Source: Octopus vulgaris (Eukaryota). From it: a DNA stretch of 64,000 nt. The DNA is taken from positions 138,756,001-138,820,000 of the forward strand of contig OX597817.1 of the NCBI GenBank assembly GCA_951406725.2, written 5' to 3'. Shown here in pieces: positions 12,530-24,629 of this stretch. The position numbers and the translations under genes were made by a program. The notes beneath the pieces are model-generated. The model ran no database searches. It had not been told where the DNA came from and worked only from the letters and a program-made list of their open reading frames with translations. Numbering within the stretch: the stretch's first letter is position 1; each line of letters begins with the position of its first letter.

Positions 12530-14166
12530 TATACTAGTTTCAGTCATGTGACTGCGGCCATGCTGGTGCATTGCCTTGAGGGGTTTTAGTCGAACAAATC
12601 GACCCCAGGACTTATTCTTTGTAAACTTAGTACTTATTCTATCGGTCTCTTTTGCTGAACCGGTATGTTACGGGACATAAACACACCGTTGACAAGAGGT
12701 GTTGGAGGGACAAATACTGACACAAAAATACACACATAGAGATGTACATCAGGTCATCCCATAAGTAATATCCGAATTTTGGATAAGGTAAAAAAAAAGG
12801 GAATCTAATTTCATATTTTCTGGAAATTTAATCCTGTATATAATTCCCATCATTATCGATGACTTCCTTCCATCTACTCAGAATTTTAATTCCATTGGCA
12901 AAAATGAATACTCTTGGTTTTAATGAGAAGAAAGAAGAGAAGTCAGTTTCAACCTCTTTGGGGCTTAACAGCACTAATCCATCTAAGTGATTCTTTAAGC
13001 TTCGGAACAAATCGTAATCAGAAGGAACAAGGTCCAAGGAATAAGGCGGGTGAGGGATTTTTCCCAGCCAAGTTCTTCGATTTTTTTAAATGTAATCTTT
13101 GCAGTATGGGGCCTTGCATTATCATGATGGAACACCACTTCCTTACGATTCGCCAAAGCAGGCTTTTTGCCTTCAAAGCAGCATCCAAATGCTCTAATTG
13201 TGGGCAATAGATGTGAGCAGTAATTGTTGCATTAGATGGCAGCAGCTCGAAGTCGATGATACCAATGCAATCTCACCAAAAACAGAAGGAAGAACCTTTT
13301 TTTACATAGAGGTCATGTTTGGGTTGAGGTTTAACCTGTTCTCCGCAACCTATCCATTGCCTGTATCGCTTAAAATTTTCATAAAAAATCAATTTTTCAT
13401 CACTGGTCACTAACCTGTTCAAAAGTGGTTCAGGAGAGTGAAGAGGTGAGTAGGTGTTCATTCGGAATTTCCGGTCGGCTTCTGTCAAATCATGGGTCAC
13501 CCATTTTCCGAGTTTGGGCACCTTTCCAAGCCGTTGAAGATGGCAATGAACAGTTGCCTATTCTTCAGCTGACACAGCATCATCCTTCCAAATCTCTGAC
13601 AAAAGAAGTTCATCATCAAATCCAACAGAACATCCTATTCGTGGCCTCTTTACGAATCATCTTCTGCAACTTCTTTCATTCAAGCACTCTTTCATTCAAG
13701 CAAAATGGATATTTCGTGTTGCTTCTACTGCACCGTTTCCTTTTTTGAACTCATAAAGCATTATGAGCCTTAAGTGCCCCTTCGAAACATTCGTCTTTGA
13801 GGTGTTGATATTAGTAATTAATTCAGTATTAGTAATTAATAGTAAAAATAAACTATATTAAGTTAAAGGTTTCCAAACTCATATGAGTATCAATATCATT
13901 TGATATTTTAGAATACAGCAGAATTTGATACAAATCACATCTAGGATATTTCGGACATTATTTATGGGATGACCTGATACATACATATATATATACACAT
14001 ACGGCGGGCTTCTTCCAGTTTCTGTCGGCCAAATCCACTCACGAGGCTTTGTTTGGCTCGAGGCTATAGTGGAAGACACTTGCCCAAGGTGCCACGCAGT
14101 GGGACTGAACCAGGAAACATGTGGTTGGGTAGCAAGCTTCTTACCACACAGCCACGCCTGCGCCTA
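12530..14166 (-). mobile_element. Family A SINE split by the mariner element
   Basis: Tail half at 12530-12745 and head half at 13981-14166 together match the intact copy at 35640-36056. Confidence 0.85.
12749..13977 (-). mobile_element. Full-length but inactivated mariner (DD34D-type) transposon
   Basis: About 28-bp TIRs TCAGGTCATCCCATAA(G/A)TAAT(A/G)TCCGAA; TA at the right end; frameshifted transposase pieces KWVTHDL, VTSDEK, FHHDNARPH, DLVPSDYDLFRSL. Confidence 0.95.
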
Positions 14167-14901
14167 TAAATATACATATACTATATTATGCATGTATGCA
14201 TGTATGTATGTATGTATGTATGCATGTATGTATGTATGCATGTATGTATATACATATATATTATATATATACATATAAACATATATATATGTATGTATTT
14301 ATATACATATATATTATATATACATATATATTATATATATATATGTATATATTATATATATGTATGTATGTATGTATATACATATATATTATATATAGAT
14401 ATGTATGTATCTATGTATTATATACATATATATATTACATGTCTATATATGCGTATATATACATGTAGGTATGTATATACATATACATGTATATATGTGT
14501 GTATTTATACATATATATATACACATATACTTATAGATAGATACATACATGTATAGACACAAACTTATATACATACATACATACTTACACATATATCTAT
14601 ATACACATACACATATATACGCAGAGAATATATATATGCAGAGAATTGAAACGAAAAACGAGAAATAAGAGTGTGAAAGACGAGGAAATAGAGGAATAAA
14701 AGGAGAGAAAAAGAGAGAAAGACGAAGAGAGAGAGAGAGAGGGGGGGAGGAAGGGGAGAGGGAGAAGCGAAATACGAACCGAATGAAAGTCAGGCAGGTG
14801 TATTTGTTCCACTGAGTGGGAAGGTAAATGAAAAGAGAGATGTAAATGCACGCAGATATATATATATACATACGTACGCACGCACGCACGGACACACACA
14901 A

Positions 14902-14934
<33 letters not shown>

Positions 14935-14969
14935 TTCACAAGCACACACATACATGTATAGACATAAAG

Positions 14970-15254
14970 AGGGGGGGCGACGAGGCTGCTGAAGCCGTCA
15001 ACTGCGAGCTAAGAGCAACCGTTAACCTACGGACGCTTTTTAACTGCTTCATACCACCCCCAATCACTACACCAACCCACCCTAACCATCATCACCACCA
15101 CCACCACCACCACCACCGTTTCTTCTTCTCTTTCCTCTTCTTCTTTCTCGTTTTCTTCTTTTAAAATATTCATGAGGCGGCATGAAGATGTCCAATAGTT
15201 TGGTCCAGGACCCGGATGTCCTGGCTATTTCCGTACCGTTAATCTCAATGATAA

Positions 15255-15285
<31 letters not shown>

Positions 15286-15675
15286 TGCAACCAAAATAAC
15301 AACAACAACAACAACAGCAGACAACAACAATAAAACGGCCACATCGAACCAACGAACGAACCGTTACAACAAAAGCGAGGCAGATGATGGTGTCCGGTTG
15401 TTGAGGCAGTTGTATGTCTATGGTGGTGGTGGTGACATGGTTGAGCTGTATGGGCGGTTGTAACGAGTGGTGGTGGTGGTGGTAATGGTGGTGGTAATGG
15501 TGGTGGCGGCGGCGGCGGATGGTATTGGGGGTTGGTGGAGAATGGTAGTTTCATTGGTTGCCGAAACAGTCTCGTGTGACGTCGGCAGGTGATAACGTCT
15601 CGTGCCGGGCACGTGCGTTGCTACGGTGACGTGGATTAAGCTGTAGCGGGCCTCTTAACACGCCTCTTGATCTGT
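14970..15675 (-). promoter_or_regulatory. CpG-enriched island with trinucleotide runs; candidate promoter or 5'-UTR exon of the minus-strand gene
   Basis: Locally GC/CpG-rich, not matching repeats seen elsewhere in the window; TGACGT motifs near 15577 and 15627 and a CCAAT near 15553; (CCG)/(CCA)/(TTG) runs. Function is inference. Confidence 0.3.
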
Positions 15676-15967
15676 TCACACACACACACACACACACACG
15701 CACATACACGCACATACAAGCACGCGTACACACACACACACAGACACACACATATGTATGCATGCACGCATATACACGCACACTCAGCCTATCAGATATA
15801 TATATATATTTACACTCTTGATTGCATAATTGCACCTACCAGTTCTGTGATGTAACATACATATTTACATATGTGTGTGTGTTAGTATGCATACACACTC
15901 AAATATAAATATTTCACGTTCTCTCGAAGTTTCTAAATTCTTAATACGAAAACAACATATGTATCGC

Positions 15968-16335
15968 ACGCGTGGCTGCCTGGTTAGAAGTTTACTTTAG
16001 AACCACATGATTCTAGGTCCAACCCCACTGTGAGGTTATAACCCCTGGGTTGACCAAAGCCTTATAAGTGGATTTGGTCGACGGAAACTGAAAGAAGCCC
16101 ATCACGTGTGTGTGTGTATGCGCGCGTGTGTGTGTATTTCTTTGTGTATGCTTGTAGGTTTGTCTACGTCCTCGTAACATAGTGGTTTCGCAAAAGAGAA
16201 ACGATAGAATAAGAACCAGGCTTAACAAAAAACGCCTCAGGACGTTAACTAAACACCTCAGGACGTTAACTAAACACCTCAGGACGGTGCTCCAGTATGG
16301 CAGCTGTCTGATCACTAAAACAAACAAAAGATAAA
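15968..16335 (+). mobile_element. Diverged family A SINE with an internal 21-bp tandem triplication
   Basis: GTGGATTTGGTCGACGGAAACTGAAAGAAG and tail match family A; AAACACCTCAGGACGTTAACT repeated at about 16230-16285. Confidence 0.8.
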
Positions 16336-16935
16336 ATGTACATGCAAACGTGCGCGCGCACACACACACACACACACATATATAACGCGTAGACAGAGCC
16401 TGGAAGATCGCTTTAAGATACATAGCGTATTTTCTAAATATGCCTTTTTAAGTATCATAATAGCATGAAACTATTAGCAGCTCTTTCATTTGTGCTATAT
16501 ATATATATATATAAAGAAAAATTCTTTGTCTCCATCCAACCCAAAAATAAAATCCCCCTCCCCACTGACAGATCTAAATAACAAAGTGAAAAAAATCTAG
16601 TCAGAGAGTAAATTTAATATTATCATGTTCTTTAGAATGAAATCAACCTCTCTGTCTGTATATCTACCCTCTTTATAATGTTGGCAAACGAAATAGAGAT
16701 AAGAATGTGCATTGTCCGTTTGATAGGAAAATTTCTATAAGTGGCTGAAGATTGCTCGACATTTTAAAACTGATGTAATACTTACAGTGTTTAATAAAAT
16801 GAAGTAATATGAAACGATTGTACCACATTACCTCGGATATACTTGTTGCTTATTTTGATTGTAATAACCCCATGGATTTATATGGATAATATCATACAAA
16901 ATTCTGGTGCCTTTGACTTAAGTACCATATTCATC

Positions 16936-16985
<50 letters not shown>

Positions 16986-17123
16986 TTGGTATATTTATGT
17001 GTGTGTAGAGATAGATAGTTAGATAGATGGATAGATAGATAGATAGAATTGTTAAAGAGGTCGTCAAACACTAACGCATAGCAAACAACTCATATACAAT
17101 GTCATTACAGGAAGGAATTCAAA

Positions 17124-17179
17124 ACCTTACAGCTGTTTCTGGGATATCCTCAAGTATGGGATATTCCGTCATCAGAGAC
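17124..17179 (-). ncRNA. Type I hammerhead ribozyme motif in a probable Penelope-like relic (about 17050-17420)
   Basis: GUCU-CUGAUGA-cGGAAUAUCC(loop)GGAUAUCCCa-GAA-ACAGCUGU-A-AGGU: core intact, 8 of 9 pairs in stem II, perfect palindrome ACAGCUGU as stem III, GUA cleavage triplet. Confidence 0.75.
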
Positions 17180-17439
17180 AAACTGGAAAATGAGAATGGT
17201 ATATATTAATAAGATGATAACATAGAGGAAGGGAGTAAAAGAATAAGGAGATGGAAAGAGAGAAGAAAAAAGAAGCATAAAAGTTCCGAAGAAGCCAAAG
17301 CATGTGTCCTTAGGTGTAATCCTGCGTAAATCTACGAGCGTAAGTCTTTAAGTGCAATCCTGCGTATATCCATGTTGGTTGAAGTCCTTATATGGTAAAT
17401 ATCTCAAGAAAAAGACGCGAACATATCAACGTTTAATAA

Positions 17440-17830
17440 CAGAGTGGTAGCAAAGGTGGCTGTTAATTGGTAAAAGTACCATTCTGTTATTGAAAGGATA
17501 TTGAAATGGCACTAGCATAAACCAGAAGGAATCACCGAGAATAAAGAGTATAAGATCTTGAGTGATTTTATAATCCAATGTGATTCAGTGACTGATGCGT
17601 GGACACCAGGCATTGTTGTAGTTGACAAAATAATGAATGAAACCAAGATCATAGACATTGCCATACCTGGGGATGTACGAGCAGATGAAAAAGAACTAGA
17701 AAAGTTTGAGAAGTACAAGAAACCATTAAAAGATGAAATTGCACGATTGTGAGCAATGAAGGAAGTAACCGTCATCGAAGTAGTTGCCGGGGGTACCAGA
17801 AGCACTAACCACAAAGTTTGAGAAATATGT
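17440..17830 (+). mobile_element. Restriction-like endonuclease fragment of a Dong/R4-type LINE
   Basis: ILSDFIIQCD...TPGIVVVDK...KIIDIAIPGD...KELEKFEKY..LKDEIARL follows the WDF.IQTD..RPDIV...IDIA.P...EK..KY pattern. Confidence 0.85.
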
Positions 17831-17849
17831 TCCTTGTACTGGGAATGAC

Positions 17850-19080
17850 GCCCCTTGATTGAAATACTAATAAAGACAAAATTGGAGTATGGTGTGGAAA
17901 GGGAAAACTGAAGTACTTGCTATTCATGAACAACTTGAAATTGTTCACAAAAAGTGAGGCAAAACTATACATCTTAGTCCAGTCTGGGCAGATTTTCTCG
18001 AATTATATCAAGATGAAATCAGGACTCTCAAAATGTGCTACGATGAGACGAGGAAAGCTGGTCAGGACAGAAGGCATAGGTATGCCAGGAGGTGGAATGA
18101 TGAAGGCAATTGAACCTCAATACAGTTATAAAGGCCTGGGAATATTTGATACCTATCCCAAAGTAAGGAAACCTTGTTAGTGTCAGTAAGGAATGAGAGA
18201 GTATTGAAAGCTGAGAAAAAGGATAAAAAAGGATAAAAAAGGAATGAGAGAGTATTGAAAGCTGAGAAAAAGGATAAAAAAGTACAAAAAGGACATGAAG
18301 AAGAATTACACAAGAAGGGACTGCACAATCGTGGGATTGGCTGAAGAGACTGAGGACGCTAGACTGGTAGCGCAAGACCAAACTTTGGCCACGAATTGGA
18401 GGGTTAACTTTAGGAATGAGCAAGTGTTTCCACTGTGCTGCAGCTGTAATAGAGTGGACAAAACCATTGACCATATCACGAACGAGTGCTCTAGACTCGC
18501 CCCAAACCATTACAAGTCGTGGCGACAGGATTAGGTAGTGAAAGTGCTACATTGGAAACTGTGCGAAAAGTGGGGAATATAGAGAGAGGCAAGACGTGGT
18601 ACGAACACAAACTGCAGAGAGTGGCGGAGTGAAAGACCTGCAAAATCTGGGATTTTTCTATTCAAACAGATCAGATGTTAGAGCATAACAGACTGGACCT
18701 GAGATGCACCACATGTGCTATATAGTTGATGTTACCCTTTGACCCACGAATAGTCAAGAAGGAATGTGAAAAAATAGACACATACAATCCTCTTAGCCCG
18801 GCTATGGAAAATGAAGAAGGTGAAGATAGTGCCAATTATTGTTGGTTTCTTGGGGCAGTATTAGAAGGCATCAAGGGGAATATAAAGGAAATTGGAAAAG
18901 AGTGCCCTAGAGAACTGTTACAAAAGGGTTGCCTCCTTGGCACCCCCAGCATAATCAGGAAAGTATTAGATAGTTGAAAGAACAGATAGCCTGGTAACTT
19001 AGGCTGCAGGCAGTAAGCCCGCAACCCATGCAAGACTCCGGAAGTTCCAACAAAACCTGTGGTAAAAAGATTAATAATAA
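17850..19080 (+). mobile_element. Decayed Dong/R4-type LINE: RT C-terminus, CCHC zinc knuckle, endonuclease, 3' UTR, (AAT)n tail
   Basis: LFMNNLKLF (FMDDLKL-like), AQDQTLAT...CCSC...TIDHITNEC, ELLQKGCLLGT..IIRKVL*; many stops and frameshifts. Confidence 0.9.
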
Positions 19081-19237
19081 TGATGATGATGATAACAATC
19101 CTTTCTACTATAGGCACAAGGTCTGAAATTGGGATTGGGGTATTTATTACTTCGACCCCGAAAGGATGAAAGGCTCAGTCGACCTCGGGGGAATTTGAAC
19201 TCAGAGCGTAAACATGGACGTGCTAACGATTCTAGCA

Positions 19238-19680
19238 GATGGGCTACAACAAATATTCTGCTCAGTACCACAGATTTGCTTGTCAGTTGTTTTTACCATA
19301 ACCAGTTGAGCATGTCCCTTAGTGGCTGGCGAAATGCGCATTTCTGATCATGAGCAGAAGTAGTGGGGGAGCATCACAGCCATGTGTTGAGAGGAATGCT
19401 TTGAAGTTTGAATAGTTTACTCCTAGAAACATGTGTTTAGTTCGTCATCCCTAGACAAACCTTAATCAAGGACCTTTTGAGTGAGATGGGCTACTCGACT
19501 TGAAAAAACTCTAACTGGGCACCACCTGCAAGGTCATGCTCTGTTGTCTTGATATCAGATGACCATGTCACGCACATATGATTGTGATGCGTGCACCTGG
19601 TAGTCATGATAGGTATATTGGCCTTCGTGTATTTGTATCACAGTGTCACTTTAATAGAATGCACTGCTCTGTCACTTGAT
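19238..19680 (+). mobile_element. Interspersed repeat family E (probably SINE-like); other copies at 19690-20640 (split by MITE) and 47941-48340 (-)
   Basis: Mutual homology among three copies, e.g. CAGATTTGCTT..CAG, GCATGTCCCTTAGTGGCTG, CCTGCAAGGTCA, GTGTCACTTT; ends against (AAT)-type repeats. Confidence 0.7.
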
Positions 19681-19767
19681 AATGATAATTAACTACCCTG
19701 ATACAAAACCAGGCAGTGGCTCTCGTGGCTTCTGATTTTAATTGATTGGAAATGTTTATATGTACAT

Positions 19768-20450
19768 TATGGTGGAGTGAAAATAAAAAAAACTGTAGAA
19801 ATTGAAAATGCCTGAGAACTAAAATGTTGCTATATTTAATTACTAGAAAAATGTTAAAATTTTTGCTGAGATCAATTAAGGGCATTTACTCCCTCAAGCC
19901 CCATAAAATTCGAAAATGAGGGACTTTTGTAAATCTTTTACATTAGCGGAGTTTGGGTGGTTTGAGGGAGTAAATGTCTTTGGTTGACCTTAGCGAAAAT
20001 TTAACATTTTTCTAGTAATAATATATAGAAAGGTTTTAGGCCTCAGGCATTTTCAATTTCCACAAGTTTTAATTTTCAGTTCACCCTAACACACGCGTAT
20101 GTATGTGCGGGTATATAGATTGTGTAATCTAGGGTGGAGTGAAAACTTTTTAAATGTGGAAATTGAAAATGCCTGAGGCCTAAAATCTTGCTATATATTA
20201 TTACTAGAAAAATGCTAAAATTTCGCTTAGGTCAATCAAAGATATTTACACCCTAAAAGCACCCAAACTCCGCTATTGTAAACAAATTTACAAAAACCCC
20301 CCATTTTCGGAGTTAAGGGGGCTTGAGGAAGTAAATGATCTTAATTGATCGCAGCGAAAATTTAACATTTTTCTAATAATCAAATATAGCAACATTTTTA
20401 GTCCTCAGTCATTTTCAATTTCCACAATTTTTTATCTTCACTCCACCTTA
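19768..20450. mobile_element. hAT-like MITE built as a palindrome of two palindromic units
   Basis: Termini TATGGTGGAGTGAA / TTCACTCCACCTTA; 8-bp flanks ATGTACAT / ATGTACTT; unit 19768-20088 is the reverse complement of unit 20130-20450 and each unit has about 130-bp inverted arms. Confidence 0.85.
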
Positions 20451-21179
20451 ATGTACTTGCTTTATTTTGGTGTAAAAGATGGACCACAGCTCAATACTGC
20501 AGATTTGCTTTTCAGCTGCTTGACCTTAACCAGTTAAGCATGTCTCTTAGTGGCTGGCAATTATGTACATCCCTACTTGCGAGCAAGAAGAGTGCGGAGG
20601 TATCATAGCTATGGCCTGAGAGCGATTCTTTGGGGGTTTCAATGATACAAATGAATACAAATATTAGATATGGGCGAATATGTGTGCATCTCCTTGCAAC
20701 ATCTATCTGTGTTCGGTTTGTCCTTACACAGAGGCCATCCGGATTCCCGTTTGCGCCGTGAACAGGAATAAATCTTCTCTCTGCGCTCTTATACGCCATT
20801 TGGTCTCAACTCTCCCCCCCTCCTCATCTAACCCTCCTCTCCCCCCTCCTCACCTATCCTTCCCCCCCGACCCCTACTTCTTCAGTCCTTCATCCTTTCA
20901 CCCTTACTCCCCTTCCCTTCTTCCCTCTTTCTCCCTCCCTCCTTCCCTCTTCCCCTTCCTCCTGCTCCCTCACTCCCCTTCTCTCTCCCCTCTCCCTCTT
21001 TCCTCCCTCTCCCTCCCCCTCCCCTTCCTTCTCCCCCTCCTCCCTCTACCCCTCCTCTCCTCTTTCCCCTCTCCTCCCCCTCTTTTCCCCCTCCCCTTCT
21101 CCTACCCCTCTTCTCCCCCTCCCCCTCTTCTCCTCACTACACCACACGACTTTACACATCACATCATATATGATGTGCC

Positions 21180-21540
21180 ATACTAATACATACACCAACT
21201 AATACATACTAACACGTACTAATACATACTAATACATACTAATACATAATAATACATACACCAACCCTATACATACACACGTCCAGACCCCTCATACGCA
21301 CTTATACTCTCTCATACACGCACACACACACTTATACATACTAATACGTACTAATGCATACTAATACATACTAATACATACACCAACCCCATACATACGC
21401 ACGTCCAGACCTATCCTAGGCACTAATACTCTCTCATACACACACACACACACCACACACCCTATACATACTAATACATACTAATACATACACCAACCCT
21501 ATACATACACACGTCCAGACCTCTCCTACGCACTAATAGC
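21180..21540. repeat. Nested tandem repeats: (CATACTAATA)n decamers within three longer units containing CACCAACCCTATACATACACACGTCCAGACC
   Basis: Directly visible. Confidence 0.85.
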
Positions 21541-21706
21541 TGGTCATTCAACCCTATTATCAACCCTATTATCTCCCCTTATTTCGCTCTCGCGTCTCAT
21601 GTTTGATCTTTGACCTCTGGCCGAAATCAGATCGCCATGTTGATTCGTTAGTTACTGCACGCATTTTTTTCTCTCCTTCTTTCTGTGTTTTTTTTCTCTC
21701 TGTGTA

Positions 21707-21744
21707 TCTTTCTGTTGAAGAGCGTAGGCTCGAAACGTTAACGA
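21707..21744 (+). ncRNA. Variant hammerhead motif (CUGUUGA core)
   Basis: UCUUU-CUGUUGA-A-GAGC(guag)GCUC-GAAA-CG-UU-AACGA; the conserved A6 is replaced by U. Confidence 0.55.
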
Positions 21745-21918
21745 CTTGTTTTATTTATATTTCCTGAGCGCCATACTAATACAATTGTTTGTTTGTTTTC
21801 CACCTGCCTTCGTCTTTTGTCTATTTTCATAAAGCTTCCCGTTATATATATATGTATGTATGTATGTATGTATATATATATGTATATATATATATGTATG
21901 TATGTATATATGTATATA

Positions 21919-21956
<38 letters not shown>

Positions 21957-22103
21957 GTATATATATATGTATGTATATATATATGTATGTATATATATAT
22001 ATATATGTATGTATATATATATGTATGTATGTATATATATATATGTATGTATATATATATATATGTATGTATATATATATGTATGTATGTATATATATAT
22101 ATG

Positions 22104-22224
<121 letters not shown>

Positions 22225-22447
22225 ATATATGTATGTATGTATATATATGTATGTATGTATATATATATATGTATGTATATATATATGTATGTATGTATAT
22301 ATATATGTATGTATATATATATATGTATGTATATATATATATGTATGTATATATATATATATATGCATATATATATATATATGTATGTATATATATATAT
22401 ATGTATGTATATATATATATGTATGTATATATATATATGTATGTATG

Positions 22448-22496
<49 letters not shown>

Positions 22497-22601
22497 GTAT
22501 ATATATATATGTATGTATGTATATATATATATGTATGTATATATATATATATATGTATGTATATATATGTATATGTATGTATACATATATGTATATGTAT
22601 G

Positions 22602-22638
<37 letters not shown>

Positions 22639-22717
22639 GTATGTATGTATATATATATATATGTGTATGTATGTATATATATATATGTATGTATATATAT
22701 ATATATGTGTATGTATG

Positions 22718-22748
<31 letters not shown>

Positions 22749-22859
22749 GTGTATGTATGTATATATATATATATGTATATATAAATGTATGTATGTATAT
22801 ATATATATATATGTATGTATGTATATATATATGTATGTATGTATGTATACATTATATCT

Positions 22860-23049
22860 TTTATCTTTTACTTCTTTCAGTCGTTAGATTGCGGTCATGC
22901 TGGAGCACCGCCTTGAATCTTTAGTCGAAATAATCGACCCAGTACTTTTGTTTTACGCCTGGCACTTATTCTATCGATCTCTTTGGCCGAACCGCTAGGT
23001 TATGGCGATATAAACACAGCAACACCGGTTGTCAAGGGGAACAAACAGA

Positions 23050-23128
<79 letters not shown>

Positions 23129-23286
23129 CAGCTTCTTTCAGTTTCCGTCTACCAAATCCAATCACAAGCCATTGGTCGGCTCGAGGCTATAGTTGAAGAC
23201 ATTTGCCTAAGGTGCTACGCAGTAGAATTGAACCCGGAACCATATGGTGGGGAAGCAAGCTTCTTACCACACAGCCACGCCTGCGA
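22860..23286 (-). mobile_element. Family A SINE
   Basis: Full head, internal microsatellite and tail, homologous to 35640-36056. Confidence 0.9.
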
Positions 23287-23526
23287 CTGTGTATGTATAT
23301 ATATATATATTTATATATATATATAAGCATTCGTACGTATGCATGTGTATATGTATGTACGTATGTATGTATGTATGTATGTATCTATGTATGTATGTAT
23401 GTGTGTATGTGACAAGTATAAATAGATTTATAAAGTTGCTTCATGCATGCACATGTAAATATACATAATATACATGTATATCTTTCCTTCCCCCTCACTC
23501 TTTCACTCTCTCTATATGTTCGTATA

Positions 23527-23558
<32 letters not shown>

Positions 23559-23790
23559 CACACACACACAAACACATCTATTCACAATAACTTACGTAAA
23601 CTCTAAAGCTATGTGGAAGAAGAAAAATTCCAGTGAAAGCCAGGTGAGAATTCAAAACAAACTCAAGTATCTTTCTGCTCTCTGGCTTTCAACGATATCG
23701 ACTCGAATCGTAGCTACATACACGCCACACACACACAGACGTCTCCATCATATGCGTGCCAACTCTTTCATACACACACACACACACACA

Positions 23791-23847
<57 letters not shown>

Positions 23848-24151
23848 TTATTTGCCGTATGTGCGTTTGGGTTTAGTGTTTGATAAATTATTGATGGAAT
23901 ATTCTAAAACAAAGAAAGTACTACAACTCTTTCGCTGGTTATTTATGGACATATTTAAATTTTAAAAATTAAATACATTTTGTGCATTCGTTTTCTATTT
24001 TCGTTACATTTCTAACCAAAGTGAGATATTTACTAAGGCACGGTTAGGCTTCAGCGCCACATCTACATTTAATGCTCAAAATCTTTCCTACTCTCCCCAA
24101 TATATATATATATATGTGTGTGTGTGTGTATGCATGTATGTATACCTACAT

Positions 24152-24184
<33 letters not shown>

Positions 24185-24201
24185 CACTTCATATATGTGT
24201 A

Positions 24202-24562
24202 AGTGGAGGCACAATAGCCCAGTGGTTAGGGCAGCGGACTCGCGGTCATAGGGTCACGGTTTTGATTCCTAGACCGGGCGTTGTGAGTGTTTATTTAACG
24301 AAAATACCTTAAGCTCCACGAAGCTCTGGCAGGGTGGTGGTGGCGAACCGTGCTGTTCTCTTTCACCACAACTTTCTCTCACTCTTTCTTCCTGTTTCTT
24401 TTGTACCTCTATTTCAAAGGGCTGTGCCACTCTGTGCCACGCTGAATCTCCACAAGAACTACGTATGGAGTGCTCAACCACTTGCAGGTTAATTTCACAA
24501 GCAGGCTGTTCCGTTGATCGAATCAAATGGAACCCTCGTCGTCGTAACCGACGGAGTATCCC
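24202..24562 (+). mobile_element. Family C SINE
   Basis: Homologous to 2998-3370; tRNA-like head. Confidence 0.85.
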
Positions 24563-24564
24563 GA

Positions 24565-24629
<65 letters not shown>

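Larger units (their letters stand above)
20691..21843 (+). mobile_element. 3' part of a Penelope-like retroelement (GIY-YIG endonuclease C-terminus, repeat-rich UTR, hammerhead-like motif)
   Basis: 20691-20810 translates SLQHLSVFGLSLHRGHPDSRLRREQE*IFSLRSYTPFGLN (R...E...I..L....P.GLN pattern of PLE endonucleases); hammerhead-like fold at 21707-21744. Confidence 0.8.
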
